Shown piece by piece: positions 52,873-62,884 of a stretch of DNA of 64,000 bases. Origin of the DNA: Zygnema circumcarinatum SAG 698-1b (Eukaryota; Plantae; Zygnematophyceae); contig CM074808.1 of the NCBI GenBank assembly GCA_037447605.1, forward strand, positions 2,976,001-3,040,000, in the 5' to 3' direction. Numbering within the stretch: the stretch's first letter is position 1; each line of letters starts with the position of its first letter. The notes under the pieces are model-generated. The model had not been told where the DNA came from. It did not search any database and saw nothing but the letters and a program-made list of their open reading frames with translations. The position numbers and the translations under genes were made by a program.

Positions 52873-53513
52873 CCCTAAAGCCCGAATCCTTAAGCCTGAA
52901 CCCTAAACCTAGGCCCTTATCCCTAAGCCCTGAGTCGTGAACCCTAAGCCCTGAGCCCGAGCCCTGAGCCCTAAGCCCTGAGCCCTGAGCCCTGAGCCCT
53001 GAGCCCTGAGCCCTGAGCCTTAAGCCCTGAGCCCTGAACACTTAAGCCCTGAGCCCTAGGTCCTGAGCCCTGAACCCTGAGCCCTAAGCCCTGAGCCCTG
53101 AACACTTGAGCCCTGAGCCCTGAACCCTAAGCCCTGAATCCTAAGCCCTAAGCCCTGAGCCCTGAGCATTGAACCCTAAGCCCTGAGCCCTACACCCTAA
53201 ACCCTGAATCCTAAGCCCTAAGCCCTAAGCCCTGAGCCCTGAACCCTTAGCCCTGAGCCCTGAGCCCTGAGCATTGAACCCTAAGCCCTGAGCCCTACAC
53301 CCTAAACCCTGAGCCCTAAGCCCTAAGCCCTGAACCCTAAGCCCTGAGCCCTACACCCTAAACCCTGAACCCCAAGCCCTGAGCCTTGAAGCCTAAGCCC
53401 TGAACCCTAAGCCCTAAGCCCTGAACCCTAAGCCCTGAGCCCTGAACCCTAAGCCCTAAGCCCTGAACCCTAAGCCCTAAGCCCTGAACCCTAAGCCCTA
53501 AGCCCTAAGCCCT
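52873..53513 (-). repeat. 7-bp degenerate telomere-like array (CCCTAAG/CCCTGAG/CCCTGAA on +)
   Basis: Tandem heptamer variants of CCCTAAA, with occasional perfect CCCTAAA units. Confidence 0.9.
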
Positions 53514-55582
53514 GGCGATGGTGAGCTCCAGCACGGGCAGCTGCTCCTCGGGGTGCGCGTGCACGAGGTAGCCGGGGCCGTCCACGAGGACACTGTCGCC
53601 GGCCGTTAGGATGAGGAAGACGAGGACCTTGCTCTGGCCGCGGGGAGGAGGGCGGGGGCGGTAGTATCGCTGGCTCACATCGGCAGTCTTGCCAAACCAG
53701 TCGCCGCGCTTATCGGCAACTCGCTTTTTCGGATCCATGCCCGTCTCAAAAATGGGATCAATGTTCGATTCCCATGTGCCGTGGAACACACATCGGAAGA
53801 CTTCATCAAAAACTGCAGACAAGGAGTCCAGCATCTGCGAGCCTGCATCGATGTGGCGAGCAATAGAGTATGAAAACTCAAACTTCATTCACATGAGACA
53901 CTAAAAATCTGCAAGCAAACAATAGACGTTGCATGCAGTCTTCCCTCAGTGAGGAGATCCTGTCGTCAAGCCAGCCATCCCCGGTCTTTCTTACGATTTA
54001 TTCAAGTAAACAAAACTGCCTTTTAGCCACGTAAACTTGAACATTTTAAGAAAATAAACTGGTGAGCCCGCCTCCGTCCTTTCGCATCAGAACAAGTCAG
54101 GCTCACTGCAGTCATTGTCGGTAAACTTTACATGCTTGAGATATGAAGTACAGTGACCACACACCGCTTTTGTCGGCATCGCGTCTAATAAGCTGCTCCA
54201 CGGAATCGACGAAACGTTCGTACACAAAGGCTCCAGGCCTGAGATTTGGATTTCGCCTCTTCCCTTCAATCTGGTAATCCTTCATGTTCTTCATTGCCAA
54301 AGCCTCCACAAAGTTGTCGCAGCACATTGCCTCGAGGTAGGCATAGAGCAACTGCGGCCGAAGTTGAGTCATTCAAAATTTTAAGGAGATTTAGACGCAC
54401 AACACAGGTGACTTGATTTCTTCAACTGATTGTGATTTCTGCTTTACGGAACAAAAAAGCAGGTAAATCATACCATCAAACAGGGGGATGATCTTCAAAC
54501 TAGGGGGCAGAACGCACCTACCCCTGGTTTTAAAGTTTACCTCAATCACGAATACAAAGGTGAGGCCACACCTTTACGTCTATATTAGCTTCGTTTAAGT
54601 GCTTCGTGATGATAACTTACCGGTCGACTGTAGTCGGATGAAGCAGAGAAGGCCAACGACAGAAATGCAAGCGGCGATTTAGGAAACAGAATCACGATGT
54701 CTTCTTCCCACTTCCACTGAAGGTCCTTTTGCTTCATTCGCACGAGATCAATGAGATACGTTCGTTTCACGAAAGGGCAATTTATGGTGCATATGAGCGA
54801 ACGCTGATTAGCTGCTGCAGCTCCCAGTATGGCTTGAGAAGTAGTTGCATCGTGCTGATGAAGTTCCCCTTGCTCATCAATCCAATGTACACTTGGCCCA
54901 ATTTGGGAGGTCTATGTTCCATACAGATCCACACAAACATTTACAGAAGATTGCAGGAGAAATTCACAAAAAAATCACAGGAGGTGACGCTAGCAACTAT
55001 TAGTAGTCTCCAATGTCTATAGACGAAATATGAACCGCATGAACGGCTTTTATATGATTTCGGTGTCATCTTCTGAAAGCATTCAGTTCAACAAATGTAC
55101 CACTGACGCATAGACAACTAAGATATCCTGGAGATGTCGAGAAGACGTGTCCTTCCTAGAAAAACGTGGACTTAACAAGGATAGAGTTCTTGCATGCTGC
55201 TATACAAAGAGATTAAGGGAGTGCTTTCTTTAGGGACTTCTGTAAGCTCAAATAAAGAAGATGGAAGCGCTGAACGCACCCTTGGCTGGATCGCTTTCAG
55301 TCCTACCAAGGACTGCGAACTCTGTGCGTTCACAATCTTGATCTCCCTTGTGTACCCACTTTCGGCATTTGTCTGCTTCAGAGTTTGCATATTCGCAGTG
55401 TAGCGCGCTCCATCGGGATGAACGCGAGATACAATCGTGCCAAGGTCTATAGTTCGCAGGCGAAGGGTAAAAGCTGCCCTCAGCTTATCCTCCTGAGCTG
55501 CAGTGTACTGGCGCCACTTGGCATCGTCTCGCCACCATATCCCTGGCTGTGTCGGATCTGCACATGGCGATGTTATGCACAT
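53505..55582 (-). CDS. Tandem WWE + PARP-like (ARTD) domain protein
   Basis: Phase-consistent model 55582-55280, 54911-54621, 54351-54165, 53812-53505 (362 aa). WWE1 IWWRDDAKWRQY...YTANMQTLKQTNAESGYTREIK; WWE2 VHWIDEQGELHQH...YLIDLVRMKQKDLQ; ART VFHGTWESNIDPIFETGMD...GDWFGKTADVSQRY...VLVFLIL...YLVHAHPEEQLP. The true start may lie further upstream. Confidence 0.75.
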
Positions 55583-57173
55583 GATGTGAAATCCCTGTGA
55601 ACAGATTTGATTTCAGCCTTCGCTTCTACAAGGAAACCGGTAGTGCAACTCAGTGTGCCTGTTCCAGATGCGGCAAAATGCTTTGAGCGCAAATGGTAGC
55701 TTCCAACTCGAGACAGTTGCGAACTAGCTCGTTATCTCTCCTACAGAAAGCAACTCGCGCAGAGCAGACACCGCTCTTACGACGACGCTTAACAGTGTCA
55801 AAAGGCAGGTCTAGCCTTGCAGCACTAAAGGGGTTGCCACTCGACTTTCTTCCTCAAATACCTTTTTGTTCTTCTCCTCCCTGCTTTGCGCACGCATGCC
55901 AATCCAGAGAAGTGTCGTTGAAGGCCGAGAGACTGCATGGCCCTGCATGCCACCAGGGAGGCATTCCTCGTCGCAAGGTTCCCTCGTAAACATTCACATG
56001 TTTGTACCAACGCTTGTTCTCGTTCTGCCTGGACGACGTTCGCAACAGCGAACACGCACGCAGTTCAACGCTCGCAGCCACCATAGAAATGACGCCTGTT
56101 CGGTATTTCCGTGTCCCGACCTCGCTTGTTGAACGACGCGTGAAGTCGCTGACCGTCAGTTCGCAGATTAGGGCTGTGTCATTCAGCGCTTGTTTCGGTT
56201 CCTGTACGGCCGTAACACGTGTCAGGACTCAAGAGGTTGTCCACGCTGTAAAGGCCCTGAACGACCCTCCGTTGGTTCGGCAACCAATGGCCAACCATTG
56301 GATTGCACGGCCAACCATTGGATTGCAAGGCCAACCATTGGATTACACGGCCAACCATTGGATTCCAAGCCAACCATTGGATTGCAGGACACCAATGGAT
56401 TGCACTGCCAACCATTGGGTTGCAGGCCAACCATTGGATTGCGCTTCCAACGATTGACTACAATGAATGCTGCGCAACCGATCGAATGATTGGCAACCAT
56501 TGGCATCCAATGGTTACAACCACTGGCAATGGTTGACTCGGTCCTCCGGCAATGGTTGCGAACATGGGAATGGTAGGCAACCATTGCAATGATTTAAACC
56601 ATTGTAAAGTTTGCCTGGGTCGCCATCCAATAGGGGGAGTCAGACCTTGACCATCGCCGGCGGAATTGAAAGATTTCGCCGGCGAAAAGGTATTGATTTC
56701 GAATGCAGAATTCGGGTCGGAAACCGCGGCTCCCCCCGAACCTGTGTGTCACGTCCGTACGGCGGAATAGGCTACAAAAATGCCCCCAAATTTCTGAATT
56801 CTGCTCGCCGAAACGCAGGGCCTCCGGAGGCCCTGCGTTTCGAAATTCCAGCTTTCCGCCGATGAGGAATCGTGCCCCGCCTTGTCGCCATGCGCGTCAC
56901 TCACGTGCGAGCGCCTCACCGCCGCCGCCCGGACGCCGCGACCCGCCGCCGCGCAGAGCAGCGTTTCAGTGCTGGCACAGTTTTAGGGTTTCTCTTTCTC
57001 CCACCAACAACACCCACCTTGCGGCAACCGCGTCCTCACGGACCTCTAAGCACCACGGGAGAGTGGTCAGCGAGGACGCGAAGTGACGACGGCGGAGTTG
57101 AGCAGCGGTGAGTCCTTGCCCTTGCACCTGCCCCTGCCTCCCTCGCCCTGGCCCATGCCTCCCTTGTCTCCCT

Positions 57174-58960
57174 TGCTGCTCTTTCTGCTGCTGCTGCTGC
57201 TGCTGCTGTTTTTTTTTTGCTGCTTCTTTTTCTGCTGCTGCTGTTTCTGCTGCTGCTGCTGCTTTTTTTTGCTGCTTTTTTTTTGCTGCTGCTTTTTTTT
57301 TTGCTGCTGCTGCTATTTCTGTGCTGCTGCTGCTCGTGCTTCTGTTGTTCCTCCTGCTGCTGCTGCTGCTATTGCTGCTGCTACTCTTGCTGCTGCTGCT
57401 GCTGCTGGTTTTTTTGCTGCTGCTGTTTCTGCTGCTCATGCTGGTTTATTTTTGCTGCTTCTTTTTCTGCTGCTGTTGTTATTGCTGTGCTGCTGCTGCT
57501 GGTTTTTTTGCTGCTGCTGTTTCTGCTGCTCATGCTGGTTTATTTTTGCTGCTTCTTTTTCTGCTGCTGTTGTTATTGCTGTGCTGCTGCTGCTGGTTTT
57601 TTTGCTGCTGCTGTTTCTGCTGCTGCTGTTATGGCTGCTGCTGCTATTGCTGGTGCTACTCTTGCTGCTGGTGCTGGCTGCTACTTCTGCTTCTGCTGTT
57701 GCTATTGCTGCTTCTTCTGCTGTTGCTACTGCTGCTGCTTCTTTTTCTGCTGCTGCTGCTGCTGCTGCTGCTGTTTCTGCTGCTGCTGCTGCTGCTGTTT
57801 CTGCTGCTGCTGCTGGTTTTTTTTTGCTGCTTCTTTTTCTGCTGCTGTTGCTATTGCTGTGCTGCTGTTGCTGCTGCTTTTCTTGCTGGTGCTTTTTTTT
57901 GCTGCTGCTGCTATTTCTGTGCTGCTGCTGCTCGTGCTTCTGTTGTTCCTCCTGCTGCTGCTGCTGCTATTGCTGCTGCTACTCTTGCTGCTGCTGCTGC
58001 TGCTGGTTTTTTTGCTGCTGCTGTTTCTGCTGCTGCTGCTGGTTTTTTTTTGCTGCTTCTTTTTCTGCTGCTGTTGCTATTGCTGTGCTGCTGCTGCTGG
58101 TTTTTTTGCTGCTGCTGTTTCTGCTGCTGCTGTTATGGCTGCTGCTGCTATTGCTGCTGCTACTCTTGCTGCTACTCTTGCTGCTGGTGCTGGCTGCTAC
58201 TTCTGCTTCTGATGTTGCTACTGCTGCTGCTTCATTTTCTGCTGCTGCTGCTGCTGGTTTTTTTTTGCTGCTTCTATTTCTGCTGCTGTTGCTATTGCTG
58301 TGCTGCTGCTGCTGGTTTTTTTGCTGCTGCTGTTTCTGCTGCTGCTGCTGGTTTTTCTGCTGCTGCTGCTGCTCGTGCTTCTGTTGTTCCTCCTGCTGCT
58401 GCTGCTGCTATTGCTGCTGCTACTCTGCTGTTGTTGCTGCTGCTGCTGCTGCTGGTTTTTTTGCTGCTGCTGTTTCTGCTGCTGCTGCTGGTTTTTCTGC
58501 TGCTGCTGCTGCTGCTGCTGTTTCTGCTGCTGCTGCTGGTTTTTTTGCTGCTGCTATTTCTGTGCTGCTGCTGCTCGTGCTTCTGTTGTTCCTGCTGCTG
58601 CTGCGGCTCTTGCTGCTGGTGCTGGCTGCTGCTTCTGCTTCTGCTGTTGCTACTGCTGCTGCTTCTGCTGTTGCTACTGCTGCTGCTTCTTTTTCTGCTG
58701 CTGCTGCTGCTACTACTGCTGTTGTTGTTGCTGTTGGTGCTGCTGCTGTTGTTGCTTCTGCTTCTGTTGTTGCTCTTATTGCTTCTGTTTTTTTTGCTGC
58801 TGCTTTTTCTATTGCTGTTGCGGCTAATGCTTCTGCTTCTTTTTCTGCTGCTGCTACTGTTGCTGTGCTGTTGCTCCTGCTCCCACTCCTGCTCCTCCTC
58901 CTGCTGCTGCTGCTGCTGTTGCGGTTGCTGCCCTTGCTGCTCTTGCTGCTGCTGCTACAG
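57174..58960 (+). repeat. Complex (CTG)n/T-run low-complexity array, left arm
   Basis: CTG tracts interrupted by recurring GGTTTTTT, CTATTG and CTCGTGCTTCTG cassettes. Confidence 0.95.
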
Positions 58961-59232
58961 CATTCATTTTGTTTTTTTGCTGCACAACAGCATTCATTTT
59001 TTTTTTTTGCTGCTGCATTTCCCATTCCGCATTCAGCATTCCGCATTCTGCATTCAACATTCGGCATTCCGCATTCCGCATTCTGCCTCCCTTGCACTTG
59101 CTCCAGCCTCTCTTGCCTTTGCCCCTTGCTGTGTTGCCCTTGCCTCTGTCTTCCTTGCTTTTGCCCCTCGTTTCTTTTCTTATGCTTCTGTTGTGTGTAT
59201 GATTGTATGTCATTCTTTCCTCTCCCTATTAA

Positions 59233-59303
59233 GTTGAAGTGGCAGATTGGTTACGCAACTGTTGCAAAACAGTAATAAAGGGGTTCAAATCCCCTCTTCA
59301 ACT
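59233..59303 (+). tRNA. tRNA-Cys(GCA)-like element, probably pseudo (6-nt anticodon loop), copy 1
   Basis: Acceptor stem GTTGAAG/CTTCAAC with T discriminator, anticodon arm ACTGT-TGCAAA-ACAGT, T arm AGGGG-TTCAAAT-CCCCT. Confidence 0.6.
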
Positions 59304-60480
59304 TGTAGTGTTTATTCACTTTTCTATTTTTATTTATTTAAACTTTTTGTGTTTTTGCTTCATATGCCAAATATTTTTTGTTATTTTTTTTTTTTTTTTT
59401 TTTTGTTTTTATTCTATCTATCTACTCTTTATTCTATATTTTATCCTATCTGCTGTTGCTGTTGCTGCTGTTGCTCTTGCTGCTGTTGCAACATTCTTTT
59501 TTTTTTGTTTTTGATGCTGCTTTCTGCAATACGCATTTTGCCTCCCTTGCTCCTGCCCCAGTCTCCCTTGCCTTTGCCCTTTGCTGTGTTGCCCTTGCCT
59601 TTGTCTTCCTTGCCTTTGCTTGTGCCCCTCTTCCTTTGCTTATGCTTCTGTTGTGTGTATGATTGTATGTCATTGAACTTTGAATTGGGTTGTTGTTTTA
59701 GCGCAATTTAGAACATTGAATACGCTTCTCCCATGAATGTACAAATGAAACACAAAGTAATGGCTTGTGTGGAATCTCAAGTGAAGATGCAACGACAAAG
59801 ACTGGAGTGGGAGAAACAACAATGAGAGTTTTACTGAGGCAAGGCAAATCCAAGATCAAGAAGTGGAATCTCAAGTGAAGATGAAACGAATTGGAGTGGG
59901 AGAAACAACAATGAGAGTTTACTGAGGCAAGGCGAATCCAAGATGAAGAAGAAGTACAGAAATTACAAATCTAAGATTCTTAAGAAGAACACAGATTACG
60001 CATTATTGGAGCAGCGTAAAAACCCATCAATGTTAAAACATGATATTATTTGCAATTAGAATCGCTTAAAGTAGGATATAGGAGAACTCAAAAAAGTGTG
60101 TGCATAGAGAGAGGGAGGGAGGGAGGGCAGGGGGGGGATGTCTTAGTGATGCCAGTATTTACTAAATTGAGAATGAATGGCACAAGTTTTTATAATGAGA
60201 CATGGTTTTTATTTTGTATACAAGAAGTATTTTTATATATGTTTGTGTGTATGTATATATGTGTATGAATTATTTGCGTTAATGTGTTTTTATAAGAACA
60301 AAGAAAGAGTAGTAGTTGTGTATGCTAAAAGGAAGATTCAGAAACATTTATACAATCTTATCAATTGAAACAAATAAAGGCAAAAAGCAAAAAAGACAAC
60401 AAAAAAATAACAACAAATATTTGACATATGACGCAAAAACACCAAAACTATAAATGAATAAATATAGAATAAACACTACA

Positions 60481-60551
60481 AGTTGAAGAGGGAATTTGAA
60501 CCCTTCTATTATTGTTTTGCAATAGTTGCGTAACCAATTCGCCACTTCGAC
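60481..60551 (-). tRNA. tRNA-Cys(GCA)-like element, most decayed copy
   Basis: Same 71-nt layout with mismatches in the acceptor, anticodon and T stems. Confidence 0.5.
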
Positions 60552-60953
60552 TTAATTGGAAGGGGAGGAATAACGTACACTCATACACACAACACAAGCA
60601 TAGGCAAAGGAACTGGAGGCGCTAGACAGAGGCAAGGGCAACATAGTAAGGGGCAAAGGCAAGGGAGGCAGGGCAAGGGCAAGGGAGGCAGACTGCGAAA
60701 TGCAGAATGCGGAATGCAGAATGCAGAATGCGGAATGCCGACTAGGGAATGCGGAATGCAAAATGTAGCAGCAAAAGAAAAAGCATGCCGCAATAGCAAT
60801 AGCAGTAGCAGAAGCAGATAGAATAATATATAGAATAAAGAATGGATAGATAGAATAAAAACAACTAGAAAAAATAACAACATATGCTTGGCATATGAAG
60901 CAAAAACACAAAAACTTTAAATAATAAAAATAGAAGAATGAATAAACACTACA

Positions 60954-61024
60954 AGTCGAAGAGGGGATTTGAACCCCTTTACTACTGTTTTGCAACAGTT
61001 GCGTAACCAATCCGCCACTTCGAC
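60954..61024 (-). tRNA. tRNA-Cys(GCA)-like element, best preserved copy
   Basis: GTCGAAG TG GCG GATTGGTTA CGC A ACTGT TGCAAA ACAGT AGTAA AGGGG TTCAAAT CCCCT CTTCGAC T. All four stems pair; A-box and B-box are present. Confidence 0.65.
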
Positions 61025-61259
61025 TTAATGGGGAGGGGAAGGAATAACACACACTCATACACGCAGCAAAAGCATAAGCGAAGGAATGAGAGGCACAAGC
61101 AAAAGGAAGGGAAGACAGAGGCAAGGGCAACACAGCAAGGGGCAAAGGCAAAGGAGGCTGGGGCATGGGCAAGGGAGGCAAAATGCGGAATGCGGATTGC
61201 GAAATGAGGAATGAAGAATGCAGAATACCAAATGCAACATCCAAAAAATAATAAAAATT

Positions 61260-61710
61260 GCTGCCGCAGTAACAACATAAAAGCAAAAGCAGAAAAAGAA
61301 ACACCACAAAAAGCAGCAGCAGCGGCATCGACAATAGCAGCAGCATAAACAACAGCAACAGCAGCAGCAGTAGAAAAAGAAGAATAGCAGCAGCAGCAGC
61401 AAGAGTAACAGCAGCAACACTGCAATAGCAATAGCAGCAAGAGCAGCAGGAGAAAAGGCAAGAGCAGAAAAAGCAACAGCAACATCAACAGCAGCAGCAG
61501 CAGCAGCAGCAACAGTAGCAACAACAGCAATAGCAACAACAGCAAAGAAAAAGCAAGAGCAGAAAAAGCAGCACCAGAAAAAGCAGCAGCAGCATTATAA
61601 CAACAGCAACAGCAGGAGAAAAAGCAGCAACAACATCAACACCAGCAGCAGCACGAACGGCAGCAAGAACAGCAGCAGCAGAAAAAGCAGCAGCAATAGC
61701 AACAGCAGCA
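61260..61710 (-). repeat. (CAG)n-rich array, right arm (shorter inverted counterpart of 57174-58960)
   Basis: CAG/CAA tracts with AGAAAAAG cassettes; the flanks are reverse complements of the left-arm flanks. Confidence 0.9.
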
Positions 61711-62884
61711 AGGGAGACAAGGGAGGCATGGGCAAAGGCAAGGGAGGCAGGAGCAGGGGCAGGGGAGGCACGGGCAGGGGCAAGGGCAAGGACTCACCGC
61801 TGCTCAAGTCCGCCGTCGTCCCTAAAAACCGATCGCGCTTTTGCCGTCGTCGCCGACTCACCGCTCACCGTTCACTGGGGGAAGGCGAGACGACGCTCTG
61901 CTCACTCCCCTGCAAGGATGGCTCGGGCGGTGGCGAGGGAGGAACCCTAAACCCTAAACCCGTGCAGATCTGAGCTCGCAGCGAGCGAGCAGGCGAGCAG
62001 GCGGCGGGCGCGAGGCGCCGCGGTGGGACGCCGCTCGCGCGGTGGTGACGCGCGTGGCGACAAAACGGAGGGCGGCGGGCGGCGGGCGGCGGAGGGAGCG
62101 CGGCGGGGCGAAAAGGGGGGAGTCAAACCTGGGCCGGAGATACGAAGGTAAAATAATTGCTTTCTTGAATTCGTGACGCCCGAGCCTGTCGAACGTCCAC
62201 TTTTGGCGAAAATGGCCTGCCGTACAGAGCAGAATTGGCGCGAAGGGCTGGCGAAATTGATTTGGCGATGGTCAAGGTCTGACTCCCCCTATTATTGGTT
62301 GTCATCATTGGAATAAAGAACAACCCTTTGTTCCGACCATTGGCAATGGCTGGCAACTACTCCAGTGGTTCGATCCTACGGTCCGACCTGTGCAGTTCTG
62401 CCGAGGTTTAGGGCTTTCCTGCTTTCCAATTTGTACACTCTGTTGCAATGCCGGCAGATGCCGCTTCAAAAACACCCAAGACACACACTTCAACGCAATG
62501 ACGAGCAAGAATTTTTCATCAAATTGCAGTCCACATTTCCTACTTAGCAGGTACAAGGACGACGGGAAGGAGAGAGAAGCACGCGTGCATCAAACTTCAG
62601 AGATTTTCCACCATCACAAAAGACTCCAAACCGAAGAGGAGGTCAAGCCTCTCTCCAGCCTCCTTGCACCCTTCTATGGCGTCCACTCTAACACAAGGCC
62701 TCAGCCAAGTCTTGCAAAGTGAGACGGACAGGAACCCTCCGCGCAGGACTTCGCCCACGCCCAGCGAAGAGGCGACTGCTTATCACTACAGCCGTATCTT
62801 TTCATTATTCTCCTAAAAAAAAGCTACAGCCCACAAACTATGCAATCCTATGTACAAGAACTTTTTTCTGCACATCTCTTCAAG

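Larger units (their letters stand above)
56633..62289. mobile_element. 5.66-kb non-autonomous foldback-like DNA transposon
   Basis: Perfect inverted repeat GGGGGAGTCAGACCTTGACCATCGCC at 56633-56658 and 62264-62289, with TA (or AT) on both flanks. Internal inverted arms ~57085-59670 versus ~60350-61820. No transposase ORF recognised. Confidence 0.8.
56269..62392. mobile_element. CACAG-family TIR element (relative of the 3268 MITE) split by a nested insertion; left TIR truncated
   Basis: Right end GGTCCGACCTGTG (to 62392) reads CACAGGTCGGACC on the reverse strand. Left part 56269-56630 has about 8 GCCAACCATTGGATTGCA units and CCAATGGTTG motifs like the MITE interior. No outer left TIR or TSD found. 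Confidence 0.6.

Noticed and set aside
55600-56130. Extra 5' exons of the WWE-ART gene
   Set aside because: Could not build a phase-compatible, stop-free model; no recognisable domain.
56157-56172. CAGTTC as TSD plus decayed left TIR matching the CAGTTCTG flank at 62393
   Set aside because: Only 6 of 8 bases match and the adjacent sequence is a poor TIR match.
57083-61861. 700-aa poly-Leu/Cys/Ala ORFs and poly-Gln/Ser/Ala counterparts
   Set aside because: Stop-free by-products of CTG/CAG repeats inside a transposon; no evidence of coding function.
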